Below, piece after piece: positions 40,601 to 55,000 of a stretch of DNA of 64,000 bases. The notes below the pieces were generated by a model. That model was not told the DNA's origin. It did not search any database and saw nothing but the letters and a program-made list of their open reading frames with translations. The translations under genes and the position numbers were made by a program. Position 1 is the stretch's first letter, and every line of letters starts with the position of its first letter. Source of the stretch: Eledone cirrhosa (Eukaryota); contig OZ024746.1 in NCBI GenBank assembly GCA_964016885.1, forward strand, positions 48,546,001 to 48,610,000, read 5' to 3'.

Positions 40601-41949
40601 TATCAACCAAATCTTGTCCTAGCCCGTCAGCATTCATCTCCTCAATGGCCGTATCTTTGTTCCAGGTATTATTTATTTCAGCATTCAGATCATTGACTGC
40701 TTCGGATGGTTCCTCCGTTCTCTCAACCTCTTCACCTTCATTTCCCATTGGCTCGTTTGCCTGGCATACTCGACTCTCCATTTCTAACCTAATCTCTCTG
40801 CTCAGTTCCTCCAGTTCCAGCTCGCTTATCCACCCATTAATTCTTATTACCCGAGCCAGCCCGGCCAATTTTTTTTCATCTAATTTAAATAGACCAATCT
40901 CGTTCCAGATGTATATGCATCCGTTTCCTATAGCCTTTCTCCTTGGGGTTACTCTTCAGGTAACATTGCATAACAGTTCTATTCAATTCTTTCGTCCAGT
41001 TGGTTCTGGTCCCTTTCCTTCTTCTTCCTCCGACACCAGCAGTATTTGGTTGACAGCCAGGTCCCTGCTGCTGAGCCAGGGAGCACCTGCCGGGTGAGAG
41101 TCTGTCACATGACATTCCAGTCGCCACTTCACCGTTATTCGAACTGTTTAGGTTCGACATTTAAACACTCTTATCGAGGATTGGTGAATGTATGGTTACA
41201 TAACCACCGGTGATTTTAGTGTGGCACTATCACGCTGTAGACGAACATAAATAAACAAACAAACAAATAGGTAAAAAAACAAACAAAAAGAATAAGCATA
41301 AGTTTCATTGTAATGTAATGTTTGAATGTCTGACTTAGTTTTTTTTTCCTTCTCTGTCTGTTTGTTTTGCTTTTCATTTTTCTTTTCTTTACGTTTTTCG
41401 TTGTTGCTGTGCTGTTTTGATTTTGATTTTTGGTTTTTTGATTTTTTGACCGGGTCATCAAATCAGTCTATTTATATCTTTTGATGCCTTCCTCTTTTAG
41501 TGGGGACACTACGATGCATGTCTTAGCAGGAGGTAGTGGGAGAGAATAGCGGCGGTAGCAATAATGAGGCAGTGGTGGTGGTGATGTGATCGTAGTACTG
41601 TAGTGATGGTGTTGAACTTGAAGTAGAAAGAGAAGTTGAGGTAACTTGACTAGAGTTTTTGGCGTGGTAGTGGTGATGGTGGCGGTGGTGGTGTTGGTGG
41701 TGAAATTATTTGCCTGTCTGTCCACTTAGCCATTTAGCTATTTAGCCATTTTGCCATTTTGCTCTTTTTCGACTATAACATTTCTGATCCAAAATTAAAT
41801 ATTAAATATTGGGACCCTGTGCCGTAAAGTGATGCGTTATGGCTTGCTGAGCGTAATAAACTGTAATCTTATACTTCATTTGTAATAAGAATTATACTAT
41901 CACAGTTGTTTTAAATAAGTAAAAATCAATTGATTTTTATTGATTTTTA

Positions 41950-41950
<1 letters not shown>
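37661..41950 (-). mobile_element. R4/Dong-like family 1 copy B (diverged subfamily, several frameshifts)
   Basis: ORF pieces 37739-41160 are colinear with copy A; ATG at 41160 (MSNLNSSNNGE); related 5' leader. Confidence 0.9.
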
Positions 41951-41982
<32 letters not shown>

Positions 41983-42201
41983 GAATGCTATGGTTGACGA
42001 AGGCTCGGCTCTGTAAGGTATTGTAAATTTTGAACGCTATAACAATTGTAAATTGTTTAAAACTTTTACCAACTTGTAGACAAAAACACCTTCCTCCTCG
42101 TGAGAGGGGTCTTTCTGCCCGTTATTTGGCCCTTCGGGGTTAAATAACTGCTTATTGGGGTTTTGTGCCCAATATTTATTTTAAACAAAAAAAAAAACAA
42201 C

Positions 42202-44327
42202 ATGGCTACGAAAAATAATTTTCATAGGTCACTCCCACTCATTTCATCTTCTTCTTCCTCAATCGTCACTACAGCAGAGAGAAGATTGTCTCTCTCCCTC
42301 CCTTCTTTAAATGTGTCTCCCTCCCTCCCTTCTCTTTCGCAAGCGACGACAGAAAAGAAAAGTCTCGTGCAAAGCGTGCAAGATTTCTCCACGACGACGA
42401 CAACGACGACGAAACAGGTGTGCGGGAAATACGAAAACCCATTTCATTCGTCTGACGTCAGGAATAATAGCAGTAGCAGCCGTAATAACAACAGCAACAG
42501 TGAAAATGAAAACAACAGTAGCAGCCGCAACAGCATCAGAAGCAGCATAAACAACAACAACATTAGCAACAGCAACAGCAACAACAACAACAACCACAGC
42601 AACAGCGGCGGCGGCAGTAGTCGTAGTACCTGCAGCAACAACAAAAGTAACAGCAGCTCTGACGACAACAACAACAACAACAGCAGCAAAGAAAAACCAA
42701 TCTTGTTTGCAGGTATCGCGAAGAACCTGGAAACAATCCTCATAATAAATGAGGAATTAGAGGAAGCGAAGAAGATGGTGACAAAAACCGAACACCGAGC
42801 AATCTGCAAGGCAGCGGAAAATCTTTTCGAAACCCAACAGCACTGTACGGTCAAGTACCGTACAGTAAGTACAAAATCCCGTAGGGTGGAAAGAGCCACA
42901 GAGGCTCAAATACAAAAAGCCTTGGGGTCTGTGTGGCAGCGGAAAACACACATCACCCGAGGCAAGAAATATGCCACCGTAGACGTACTTTTTGCCACAC
43001 CCCAGGAGGCAAAGGCTCAATCTGTAGTGACCCTAAGGAGCGAGGAAATGGTGTTGGTGCCCTCCTACTGCGGGCAAAAAATTGTGAGGGTCAAACTGAA
43101 CCACGTCCCCCCCCCGGGATGGCCCCTTCTTGGCTGGCCGTGTCTGTCCTCGTCGGAATCGAGGACAAAACAACTGTACTGCAAGTACAGAAAAAAGTAA
43201 GAGAAGATTGGGTCGGCACCTCCATTGAGATGTTAATCCAAACCTACCAGGAGTGCATCGAAGCTATCCCGGATGTGATAGACTTCGATAACGGCACTCA
43301 ACTGCCCATAAGTGTTGAGGGCAAACGCCCGAAATGCTTTCGCTGTTGATCGAAGACTCACCTCAGGGCCTTCTGCAACGAGAAGACTCTGAGAAAGGAG
43401 AAAACCCCCCTCCTTCCGAAACCGGCTCCACGGCTACCAGCAACAGGACAAGCGGCAACCAGGAACGATAGGTCCGTGGCACCCATACCCACGCCACGGA
43501 AATCAAAAACAGCAGCAGCAGTGGAAGAATTAACAACAACAACAACAGCAATACCAAATGCAGCTGCAACAGAGACACCAGTGCAAACATCACCAACAAC
43601 AACAAGTGAAAGAGTGGAGCTGGTACCCCTCCCCGACCTCACAGAATCAGACATGGAGTGTGAGGTGGGAGAGGGATGGCAAAAGGTCGTAAGAAGGCAC
43701 AAACGCAGAAGCAGCGCATCGTCGCCCTTGAAAAGGGAGGAAAGAAATGAAAAAAGGGTAAAGTCTACTGCAAAGAGACTCACAGCAGCAACACCACCAA
43801 CACCATCACCACCCACACTAACACCACCATCACCACCGGCGACAACCACACCGCCAACAACAACAACACCTTCAACACCACCACCACAAGCACCAACATC
43901 GCAAACACAACAATAAAACACACACACCCAGCAAAAACGACAAGAAAATAGCAGAACCACACCCCACCCCCAGAAAAACAAATGCACGGCAATAACTACA
44001 CACAACAAGAAACTAGTGACTTACATAATTGAATACACAGACATTTCACAACACGACTACATAATACCAGCACCAATCAAAACGCCAACTAACATAAGAC
44101 TGCTAAAAATAGCACAGAAACAATACACAAACATTAAAACGAAATTCCCCAACGCAGTTGGTGATTTCAGAGACCTAGGAGGAACTATCAATCGAAGAGT
44201 ATATTCGGACATACTCATAGAAGAGCCGATGATGACCAGCCGAAGGGACGATTCAACGGTCCCTTCACCAGACGATCAAGTGAAAAGGGATGTAAAAACC
44301 ATCTCTCCTCTACGAAAAGTACGGTAA
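42202..44327 (+). pseudogene. Tx1-type ORF1 (gag-like, zinc knuckle), disrupted
   Basis: ATG at 42202; N/S- and T/P-rich tracts; CFRC*SKTHLRAFC (CX2CX4HX4C) at ~43335-43376; frameshift in a C-run near 43110. Confidence 0.75.
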
Positions 44328-44362
44328 GTGGTCTTTCCCATCTTTTCCACTCTATTTTAAAC

Positions 44363-47300
44363 ATGACCTCACTCAGAATAGGCAGCATAAATGTGCGTGG
44401 CTTGGGGTCGTCATGGAAACAGGGTCACCTGCTCAACGACCTCAGGTCACTAAACATAGATGTAGTGGCCATCAGCAAGACCAGAATCTCCGAAGCACGG
44501 GCCTTCGCACCGATCTTCGGCGGCTACGATGTGTACGCATCTCCCAGCCGTCCTGGATCGGGGGGAGGAGTTGCTGTGCTTTTTCGGAGAGGTTTGGATC
44601 TCGCCATACGGGCCATCTTCCTGAACCCAGAGGGTAAGTTGGTGGTGCTGGACGTGACCAGCGGAGACGGGCAAGCTTTCAGGCTAGTGGCCGTCTATGC
44701 CCCGACAGGAGCAGGGCGGCCTGATTTCTTCCGGCGTCTGGAGACCTTTCTTGGAACGTCCCGCTCTTTAGTGTTAGTGGGCGACTGGAACGGGATCTTA
44801 GATGCACGCTGGGACTGTGTGGGATTAGCGGATAGGAGTGGAGGGTGCAAGAGCCTCACCAACCTGCTCAGGCGTTTTGAACTGTCTGACAGGTACCGAT
44901 TGGATTTCCCTAATGTGCCAATGTGGACTTGGACAAATCGGATAGGGTCACCAGATCATATCTAGATAGAGTATTTTGTAGGGAAATAGATAGGTCTAGC
45001 ATAGGCTGTCCACAATTCAAGATAGTCAGCTACACGGACCACAAATTCGTGATCAGTTTTCTTGACTTAGATAGGCTTCATAGACGAGGACCCGGCTACT
45101 GGAAGCTAAACGCGTCCTTACCAGCGCGCAAGGCCTACAGAGACTGGATTAGCGAACTAGTTAAGCGGGCGTTGACGGAGGCCATCGTCAACAACAAGTG
45201 GTGGTATGCTCTGAAAAGAGCAATTAGAATAGAGTCAAATAGGTTTAGTAAGGCTTTTGCAATAGAGAAAAATAGAGCAGGGGGAGAATTAGTTAGAAAA
45301 TTAGACGAGGCGCTTAGCAAAGGCATCGCAACCGACGTACTTGCGGCGAAATTGGCCCTTGACCAATTCTTCAATGCAAAGCACGAAGGCTGCGTTTTGA
45401 GAGCTCGGGTGCGTCCTCTCAGACACGAGGGGACTAAAGCCGTTCAATGGGCCCGAGTAGTGGAGGCGCGTCGTGGCAACAAAGCCACGATCCGGTCTTT
45501 GGTGGAACACGACGGGCGCATGCTACTCGATCCCGGGCAAATGTGTGAAGCTTTTCAGCGACACTTCACTCAGCTGTTCGGGGGCAGCGGTGGGCCGGGT
45601 CGAGGGATGGACTTTAGTGTCTACCTCGACGGACTGCCGCGGCTCTCGGCCACTGAGGCGGAGTGTTGCGAAAAGCCGATAACAGCCGCTGAAGTACAGG
45701 AGGCAATGACTGGCTGCACAAGGAGTAAATTGCCTGGTTTGGATGATCTGCCCTATGAACTTTACGTACAGATGCCAGACTTGTTCGGTGGCCTCTTGGC
45801 GGACGTCTACTGCAACTGGCAACAGAACGGGAGAGTTCCCAGCTCTGTGTGCCGAGGAGCTGTGGCGCTGCTGAGAAAGGATCCGAACAAAGGGGATAAC
45901 ATAGATAATTTTAGGCCCATAACTCTGCTAAACACAGAGTTCAAGATTTTGGCCAAGGTGCTAGCAAAGAGGTTGGCGCTTGTCGTTGGTGGTCTGGTGG
46001 GAGAGGCGCAGACGTACGCCATTCCCGACAGATCCATCCACGACAACCTCCAACTCATGCGATACATCGTAGAGAGGGTAGCTAGGGAACCTGGCACGGG
46101 TGGGTCCTTGATCAATTTAGATCAGTTGAAAGCTTTCGATAGGGTCGACCATCGTTACCTAGCGGCAGTCCTGACGGCGGCTGGCTTTGGGCCCGTCTTC
46201 AGAGGCTGGATCGCTGCCATGCTCAGAGACATCTGCTCTGTGGTGAGAGTGAACGGTCACCTTTCGGAACCGTTCAACATCATGAGCTCGGTCCGCCAAG
46301 GATGTCCCCTCTCGTCCCTCTTGTACGTATTGACTCTCGAGCCATTAGTGCACAAACTGGAGATGTTGAGGGGCGTCCCGCGCTAACATGGATGCGGAAG
46401 AGCCGTGTCAGCATATGCGGACGATGTCACCGTAGTGGTGTCGAACGCCAAACACATCGAGGCGATCGGCACTACACTAAGAGAATACGAAGCGGTGACA
46501 GCAGCAATGATCAACCAGGAAAAGTCAGTGGGCCTGCAGCTCGGCACCTGGAGAGGCAGGTCCATGCCATCCAACAGCGTCGTCGGACGCTGGACAGACG
46601 GACCGGTTAAATTGCTAGGGGTCTGGTTCGGTCCGGACCTCCAGACGGATAAAAACTGGGACGAGGTGACGAGCAGGGTGGCTTCTCTCACCCAGAAATG
46701 GGCGGAGAGGAAGCTATCCCTGAAAGGTCGAGCGGAGGTGGCTAACGCGTGCATCGCGTCTGTCATCTGCTACCGCCTGACCGTCGTACCTTGTCCTAAG
46801 CCCCGCCTGACTGCGCTGGAGCATTTGCTCTTTCGCTTTTTGTGGAAGGGACGCGCTCCGATGGTCAGGCGGTCCATCTGTTGTCAACACCCGCTACGAG
46901 GAGGGCTGGGCATGCCGTGGCTGATGATGCGCAGACACGCGCTCAGGCTACGACATCTCCACCACTTCCTCGACGGTGATCAGGTGTGGTCGCCATTTGC
47001 TAGACACGTATTTCCCCAGCTCGTTACCTTGACGGAGCTGTAGTCCTGGGTCAAGCGAAGACCGAGAGGGAGCGCCTGGAGACTGGAATGTCTTCAGGGG
47101 CTCACAGCCCTCGACCAATCGGGCAATGTGGTCGGTGGAAACTCCACCTCTACGTTCTATAGAGGATTAGTGGAGGGGAAGAGCGACGACGTACTTGGGG
47201 AAACTCTAGGCGTCGACGAAAATCAACTAGCCAATCTCTTCGGAAGAACTTTCGGGCCGGGGCCTATGGACAACTTCCAGAAATCTCTGGCCTGGCAGTG

Positions 47301-47779
47301 CTACCGAGGAGCTTGCCAGTTCGAGATAAACTGTACAGTCATGTAGGTGCCGTCAGAAGGGCATGTCCGAGATGCGCGCAGGGCGACGAAACCGTCCTGC
47401 ACGCACTCGTCCAGTGTCCAAAAATTGCTGACTTGTGGGTTTATGTCGAACACCTGCTGTCGCGTGTTGGACGGATCCGGCTATCATCTGAGTCCATCGT
47501 GAGGATTTCCCGCCCTCTTCCTTTAGCCGGGAAGGGCAGGCAGTTTTTATCTGTCTGGTGGCCATGACGAAAGAGATAGTATGGTGGACACGTTTGAAAG
47601 GGCTGAAGACGAGCACTTACCTCTTCGGTGATGCTCTGATTGACTTTTTCAAATTTCATTTGAAAAGGAAAATCAGAGTAGAGAGGGAAGTGCTCTCTTC
47701 CCAGCATTTTGTTGAAAGATGGGTGAGAGAAGCAAGAATGGCCCGAGTGAATGGGCCTACTCTGAGTATATATCTGTAA
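44363..47779 (+). pseudogene. Tx1-type ORF2 (APE endonuclease, RT, zf-RVT), disrupted
   Basis: SINVRGL, VAVYAP, VGDWN, YLDRVF, TDHK, GPGYWKLN, FRPITLLN, KAFDRVDH, VRQGCPLS, AYADD and CPRC..ETVLHALVQC; several stops and frameshifts. Confidence 0.93.
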
Positions 47780-48041
47780 ATTAAAGGTGGAAAACTGGGA
47801 GAGGGCACTTGCCTTGGTGGTCAGGGTCATTGTGGCCTTTTACTGGGCTTTCTCCACAAATATCCCTCCGAAGTCTCCCCCCTAGTGGGGAATTTTTCAT
47901 TGTTATTTTTTGTTACATCCTCTGATTTTGTTTTTTACACGCAGAAATGCCCATTTGTATGTCCTGCACTGTCCTTAATGTCTACTTTATGTAAACCCTT
48001 GTGGTTAATAAAGAAATCATTATTATTATTATTATTATTAT

Positions 48042-51000
48042 AGTTGCATTTATCTTGCTTTATGTTCATACGAGTTATCACCAAGTCACAACCAGTGACC
48101 TCAAGAGACAACAAGGTCCGCCATGTTCAAGAAAGAACATACATATTCACACATGCATCTTTAGTGTTTAGACTTGTGATGTACTTATATTGACAGAATC
48201 TTCCTTAGTATATGGGCAGTTCCCATTAGTACTATCTTTTGTATTTCTCCTATACGCGGGATTCCTGGGATTTGCGATATGTAATCATTAGACCCCTTAG
48301 GTATCATTCCCAGAGCGCCTACAACCACTGGTATTGTTTTAGTTCTCAATTTCCACATTTTTCCAATTTCTATCTCCAGGTCCTTATACTTGCTCAATTT
48401 TTCAAATGTTTTTATAGATACATTCTTGTCTATTGGAACAGACATATCAATTAGCAGGCATACCCTCTTTTGAAAGTCCTTCAATATTATATCAGGTCTA
48501 TTTGCATCTATTTTTCGGTCTGTTTGGATGCTAAAGTTCCACAAGATTGAGATGTGATCTTTTTCAAGTATGGGAGGTGGTTGATGCTCCCACCAATTCT
48601 TTTGATGGGGCAGGTCAAAATGCTTACACATTATACAATGTATGTATTGTGTAGCTCTGTCATGCCTGTTTAGGTATTCGATTGGAGCTATAGGACTGCA
48701 CATTGAAATTATATGGTCAATGGTCTCTGGTTGTTTTTTGCATACACGGCATAATGGGCTGCACCCATTTTTTATTATGTTGGCTTGGTAATTTTTTGTT
48801 GGCAGACACTGATCTTGTGCTGATATAATCAGTCCTTCAGTCTCCGATTTCAGTCCAGAGGATGCCAACCACTGATGGGTTAAAGTTTTGTCAACATCAG
48901 GATTGTTAGCTCGCTCTGGGTATTTTCCATACAGAGGCTTTTCTTACCATTTCTTAGCCAGTTTTTGTAGCAGTTCTTTCTTTGCAGTTACTTTTACCTG
49001 CTTTGCTTTTTCTGTGTTTTCCATTTCAGCAGTAAATGGGACTTCTGAAATTTGTAGTCCATTACTGTATCTTTGTGCATCTTTTGTAATGGAATATGAT
49101 CTTTTGATGCTTTCGTGTTTCAAAACGAGTTTGATCATCCAATCATGTGATTCCCTTAGATATGTAGATAATCCAATTGTTGCAGTTTTCAACGCAATGT
49201 CTAACTGGATTAACCCACGTCCTCCTTCTTTCCTAGGGAGAGATATTCTATATATATCTGCCTTAGGGTGATGCATTCTGTGCATGGTTAAGAATTTTCG
49301 AATTTTTGTATCGAGCCTACGGATCTCTGTGCTTGACCAGTTGATGACATTGTAACTGTAGGTTACTACTGGTATGGCAAGCGTGTTTATGGCATCGATC
49401 CTATTCCTTGCATTCAATTCCGTTCTTAAGATTGCTCTTACTCTGCGGTAACATTCCTTCCTTATCCTTTCCCTCATTGTCGAGTGCTTGATTCCGTCTC
49501 CTTCACAAACACCTAGATATTTTTAAGTTTTTTCTTGATCAAGTTCTCTTATCACGTTCCCCCGATCAAGATTAATGTCTGAACTCTTCAGCAGCTTTCC
49601 TCTGGTGAACGTTGCTTTGGCGCATTTATCTAGTCCAAACTCCATTTCAATGTCATCACTGAACTGTTCCACAGTGGATAATAGCCCTTGCAATTGTTCA
49701 TCATTTTTTGCAAATAGTTTCAGGTCATCCATGTAGAACAGGTGATTAATGGTTTTGTCATAGACTTTATATCCATGTTTTGTTTCATTGAGCATTTTAC
49801 TTAATGGTATAAATGCGATGCAGAATAAAAGCGGTGATAAAGAGTCACCCTGAAAAATTCCACAATTAATATTAACTTCTCCAGCTTCCAGTGATTTTGT
49901 TTCACTATTCAAAAGGAGTGTCGTTTTCCATGTCTTCATACTGAATGACAAAAACCTCCTGACAACGGGGGATATTTTGAAAATCTCTAAACATTTTTCA
50001 ATCCAACTGTGTGGCAAACTATTGAATGCTTTCTTATAATCTATCCAAGCAATCGATAGATTTTTGTGTCTATTATGACAATCTTCCAGTATCAGTTTGT
50101 TAACCAGAAGCTGATCCTTACAGCCATATGAGCCTCGTTTACACCCTTTCTGCTCAATGGGAAATAGGTCATTTGTTATCATGTGGTCATATGTGTATTC
50201 AGTTAGGACTGATGTTAAAATTTTATACATTGTGGTCAAGCAAGTTATCGGTCTGTAATTTTGGGGATTGTTTGTCTCATCATTCTTCGGAAGCAGGAAT
50301 GTAATGCCGTTAACTAGCCATGATGGTATCTTTTCTGGCTCCTTAACTATTTCATTGTAAAGTTGGGCTAACAGCTCATGAGACTCTGTGAAGGCATTTA
50401 TCCAAAAGTTTTGTATTTTGTCTTTTCCTGGGGATTTCCATTTGCTGGTTTTTTCTTAGAGCCAAGCGCAACTGTTCAACTGTTATATTTTCCTATATTT
50501 GTTCCTCAAGGTGAGCTGTATCTTTCATTTGTCTGTCTATCCATGGGGCATGTATGTTATGAACTTTTTCTTCGGCCCAGATCTTTTCCCAGAATTCTTG
50601 CACTTCCTCCTTGGGTGGTATTGATTTAGCAGTTATTATTGACTTACCAATTTTTCTGTAGAAGTTTCTTTGGTTGTTTTTGAACATATTATTGTCCTTA
50701 TAGAATCTAGATCGTTTTTCAAAGCGCCTTATACGAGCAGCTTTGGCCGACACTTTTTGCTTGATTATTTCTATCAGCATGTCTATGTCACATGTTGATT
50801 TTATACTGTACTTTTTTTTCAATTTTGTAAGTTTAGTTTGTTTAACATGTTCACCTACTTTATAGTTTGTTAAAATTTCTATGTCAGATCGGAGAAGGTT
50901 TATTTGGCGATTGATGTTCTCTTGCCAAGTAGATTTCTTGTGGGAATTCCTTTGTTTTTTCATCTTCACTCCACATAAGTGAGTGGTGACTTTAGCCGAT

Positions 51001-52068
51001 GCATAATAGAGATGATTTAAATCAGTAATGTTTAGTTTGTTTGTGATGATAATGTTTTTGAGAATTATGTTAGTCTTGTGTATTATCTTTTGGTTCTGTT
51101 TGGAGTTCTGGATCTTAGGGAGGGTGTCTCGTTGCCCCATGTCAGATTCTTTCATTTTCATCCATTCGATCATAATTTCATCCTTCAAGTTGGCAAGTTC
51201 ATTCTCATTCATTTCTTTATCATTTACGATCTCATTATTTTCATTTGGAGTTTCATCCTGAGCATGCACTCCCTCCACTTTTTCGATCCTTTCTTTAATT
51301 TGTTCTGTTGCCAGTGATTCCGCCCCAACCCTGGGATTCGAAGTGTTACAGTTTACCTCGTTTTCACTGACACATGTTTCATTTTCCCTTCGCTGACTTT
51401 GTGCTAATAGCTTGATCTGATCAATTTCTATATCAGTTAGTAACTTTTTTCTTACAATATTTCTTCGTATATTGGCTAGTTTGTTACTGTCAATATAGCC
51501 TCTGTTTTCGGGATGTTTCTTTTTCCAGTTGATATATGTCTGTTCTGTATTCGATGTATTTGATGGGTAGTACATGGCAGTGTAGAAAGCCTCAAGGACT
51601 TCTTTATTATCTTCCCTTGACCATTTTTCTCTCTTTTTCTTTGGATTTCTTGGTGGTGAGCATGGAGGGCCAACAGTAGGAGTATTCCGGTTATGGGAGC
51701 TCCGAAGTGATGGGAAGGTTTGAACCATTAGCTGATTTTTCGACCCCAGTCTGGTTCTTCTCTGAGGGACGCGGCCCCTTTTTACCCGGGTGACGGCCGA
51801 TCAGGTATGAGATTTTATCATTAGACATTTACTTTATTTTGTCGCGTTTTATCCTTATCCGCCAAGGGGTAATCATTTCGTGTTACCACTTCTAGAACGA
51901 GTGTCAACCAAGACTAGAGGGGTCGTTCTCCCCTAGAGACACGGCTATTCCCCGCCGGCCGCCATCCCGGTATTTCTTGGTCACGGGTTTTCTTTTTGTT
52001 GTTTTTTTAAAATTGTTATTATCATGAGTGGTTCCTTAATGTGAGCATTGCGTGGCTTAAGAATGAAA
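48042..52068 (-). mobile_element. R4/Dong-like RLE retrotransposon, family 2 (copy D, probably full length, frameshifted)
   Basis: ORF pieces 48185-51728 contain WSREDNKEV, IFQGDSLSP, FYMDD, CRVCK..ETIDHIISMC, RHD and NRPDI..IDMSVP; (TAA)n on both sides. Confidence 0.9.
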
Positions 52069-52077
52069 TTATTATTA

Positions 52078-55000
52078 TTGTTGTTATTCCTTGAATCTCA
52101 GTCATTGATGTTGGTTAACTGGAAAGTCCGTTGGATTGAATATCAAGCCACTACCTGCAGCCTCAGATATTCAGGACGTATCGGAGGGTTCTTGCTGTTC
52201 CAAGAAAGCATGCCTTTTGAAGCGTTCCAAAAAGCGTGAAGGGGCCGATTTTCTTTAACCATCCCTGGAAACTTTTGGAGATAGTCCCCAGTGCGCCTAT
52301 GACAATCGGGATCACTTTGACTTCATGGCAGTTCCAGATCCTTTTCACCTCCCACTTTAGGTCCTGGTATCGGTTAATTTTCTCCCTCTCCTTCTCTTGC
52401 ACTCTCGTGTCGAACGGGCAGGCCACATCCACAATCAGACACGATCTTGTTTCTTTGTCCACAACCACCAGGTCAGGTCTATTGTGTTCCAGTTTTTTGT
52501 CCGTCTGTATCCTAAAATCCCACAGCACCTTCACCTGATTGTTCTCCATCACCGCCTCTGGCCTATGCTCATACCATTTCACAGAATGTGGTAAATTGTT
52601 TACTTTGCACAGGTGCCAGTGGATCACCCTGCCCATCACATCGTGTCTCCAGCCCTTATAGTGGGTCTGGGCTAGGTGTTTACACTCGGACACAATGTGA
52701 GCCACAGTCTCCTCTCTCTCTCCACAGATCCTGCACAGTGGGCTAGCCTCCTCCTTGTAGATATGGTGCTTCAACCACTTCGTTTTGAGGGCCTGCTCCT
52801 GCGCAGCCATTAGCATTCCTTCTGTAGCCTTTTTGAGGTCTCCTCTTCTCAACCAGTTCCATGTCTGTGGATCTCTAAATTCAGTTTTCTCAAAGAAGGT
52901 ACTATGAAGGGATTTTCCCTTAAGGCTGCTCTTCCTCCTTGATGTTATTTCCTCCTTGGACATCCCCTGGCCTACTGTCCCCTCCTTCAGTACAGCTCTG
53001 AGCATTGGCTCCTTACTATAGGTCACGTGTTTGTATAGGTTGTTTTTCTCCATCTGAACACAGTCCTCTATGCTGATAAGACCTCTTCCACCCTCAGATC
53101 TCCTTAGGTAGAATCTATCGACATCACTCCTCTTGTGGAACATGTTGTAGATAGTCAATAGCTTCCTAGTCTTCCTATCCATTTCTTTTTGTTCAGCAAC
53201 ATTCCATCTCAGAATTCCCGCACTGTACCTAATAATAGACACAGCTCGGGAATTTACTGCGCTTATGGCATTTCTGCTGTTCAGATGTGACTTCAATACG
53301 CTCCTTACTCTCCGAATGTATTCAGTTCTTAACAATTCCTTCATTTTTTTGTTCTTTATGCCATCAGCCTCCAGAACGCCCAAATACTTGTATCCTTCCT
53401 CAGAGTCAATTTCCTTTATCATCTCACCTGTTGGTATCTGGATCCCGTTACTTCTGCTCAACCTACCCTTCTTCATCACAATGACTCCACATTTACCAAT
53501 ACCAAACTGCATACATATATCACTGCTGAAAATACGGACAGTGTCAACAAGCACATCCAACTCCTTCTCACTTTTCCCGAAGAGCTTAAGATCGTCCATG
53601 AAGAGGAGGTGATTGATGGTAAGCTCTCCCCTTCCCAACTTGTATCCTGCTCTCACTTTTCGCAGCATAATGGTCAAGGGCATCAGGGCAAGGACAAACA
53701 ACAGAGGGGACAGGCTATCTCCCTGGAAGATACCTCTCTTGATCTTCACGCTTCCCAAGGATACTCCAGTTGATGTCAACTCTGTCTCCCAGGACCCCAT
53801 ACTCCTGCCTAGCAACTGTCTGATGTTATCTGCCACCTTGAAGATCTCCAGGCTTTTGGTGATCCAGGAATGGGGCACCATGTCAAATGCCTTTCTGTAG
53901 TCTATCCATCCCATGGCAAGATCAGTGTGTCTCCTCCTGCAATTCCCCATTACCATCTTATCAATAAGTAACTGGTCCTTTGTACCACGTGACTTCTTTC
54001 GGCATCCTTTCTGTTCGTCCGGTAACAAGTTGTTTGTGTGGAGGTGATGGTAGATTTCCTCAGACACAATGCTCGTCAACAGTTTCCACATTACGGACAG
54101 ACATGTGATAGGTCTATAGTTGGTAACATCATTACCCTTGATTCGGTCTTTCATTATCAGAACTGTGGTACCTTTTGTCAACCACTCTGGCACCTCACCC
54201 GACACCAAGCAGTCATTGAACATGGACGTCAGCTTCGGGTGGAGGGATGTTAAATGTTTAATCCAATACCCCTGCACACCATCTGGGCCTGGTGATTTCC
54301 AGTTGGTTAGTTTTTTGGCCTGCCCCTTAAGAGTTTCAACTGTGATACTTAACTCAGTTTGTTGTTGTGCCTGCTCACCGATCTCCCTCTGTACTGTCTC
54401 AATCCACCCTGCCTGGGCATTGTGTCTAACATCCTGCTCCCATATTCCTCTCCAGAATGTTTTAGTTTGCTCCGCCCCAGGGATCAAGTCGTTGCCTCTT
54501 TCTTTCCCCTCAAGCTGTCCAAACAGCATCTTCTGGTTGTTGTCGAACATGCGGTTCTGTTTATACTGACTGACTCTGTTCTCGTATCGCCTGATTTTTG
54601 CACTCTTTGCTACAATGCGTTGCTTCAGTTCCTCTATGATAATATTTAGCTTTTTACTCCTAGTTTTGTATTTTATTTCCAGTCTATTTTTAGTGCCTAT
54701 GTTTTTTAGTGTCCCATTCAGTAGTGACTCAAGCTTTCCTATGTCATTTCTCATTTCCCCGATTTGCCCACTCAGTCGCTTCTTCCACCACGGCTCTGCT
54801 CTTTCTTGTCTGTTGTTTCCTCTCGCTTTTATACCAAGTAGTTTCCTCACCGTATTTGCTGTTGCTTTGAGGATATTGTTGCACTGGTGAAGGCTCCTCG
54901 CCTCAAGGTATGGGATGACTTTGTTTACCTTAGCTGTTGTTTCTTTTAACTTTTTCCTGTCTACAAATCTTAGGTTCATAGGTCTCCCACTATCATTGTT

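Larger units (their letters stand above)
41983..48018 (+). mobile_element. Tx1/L1-clade non-LTR retrotransposon (full length, ~6 kb, inactivated)
   Basis: Two ORFs, AATAAA at 48007, flanked by (TTA)n. Confidence 0.92.
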
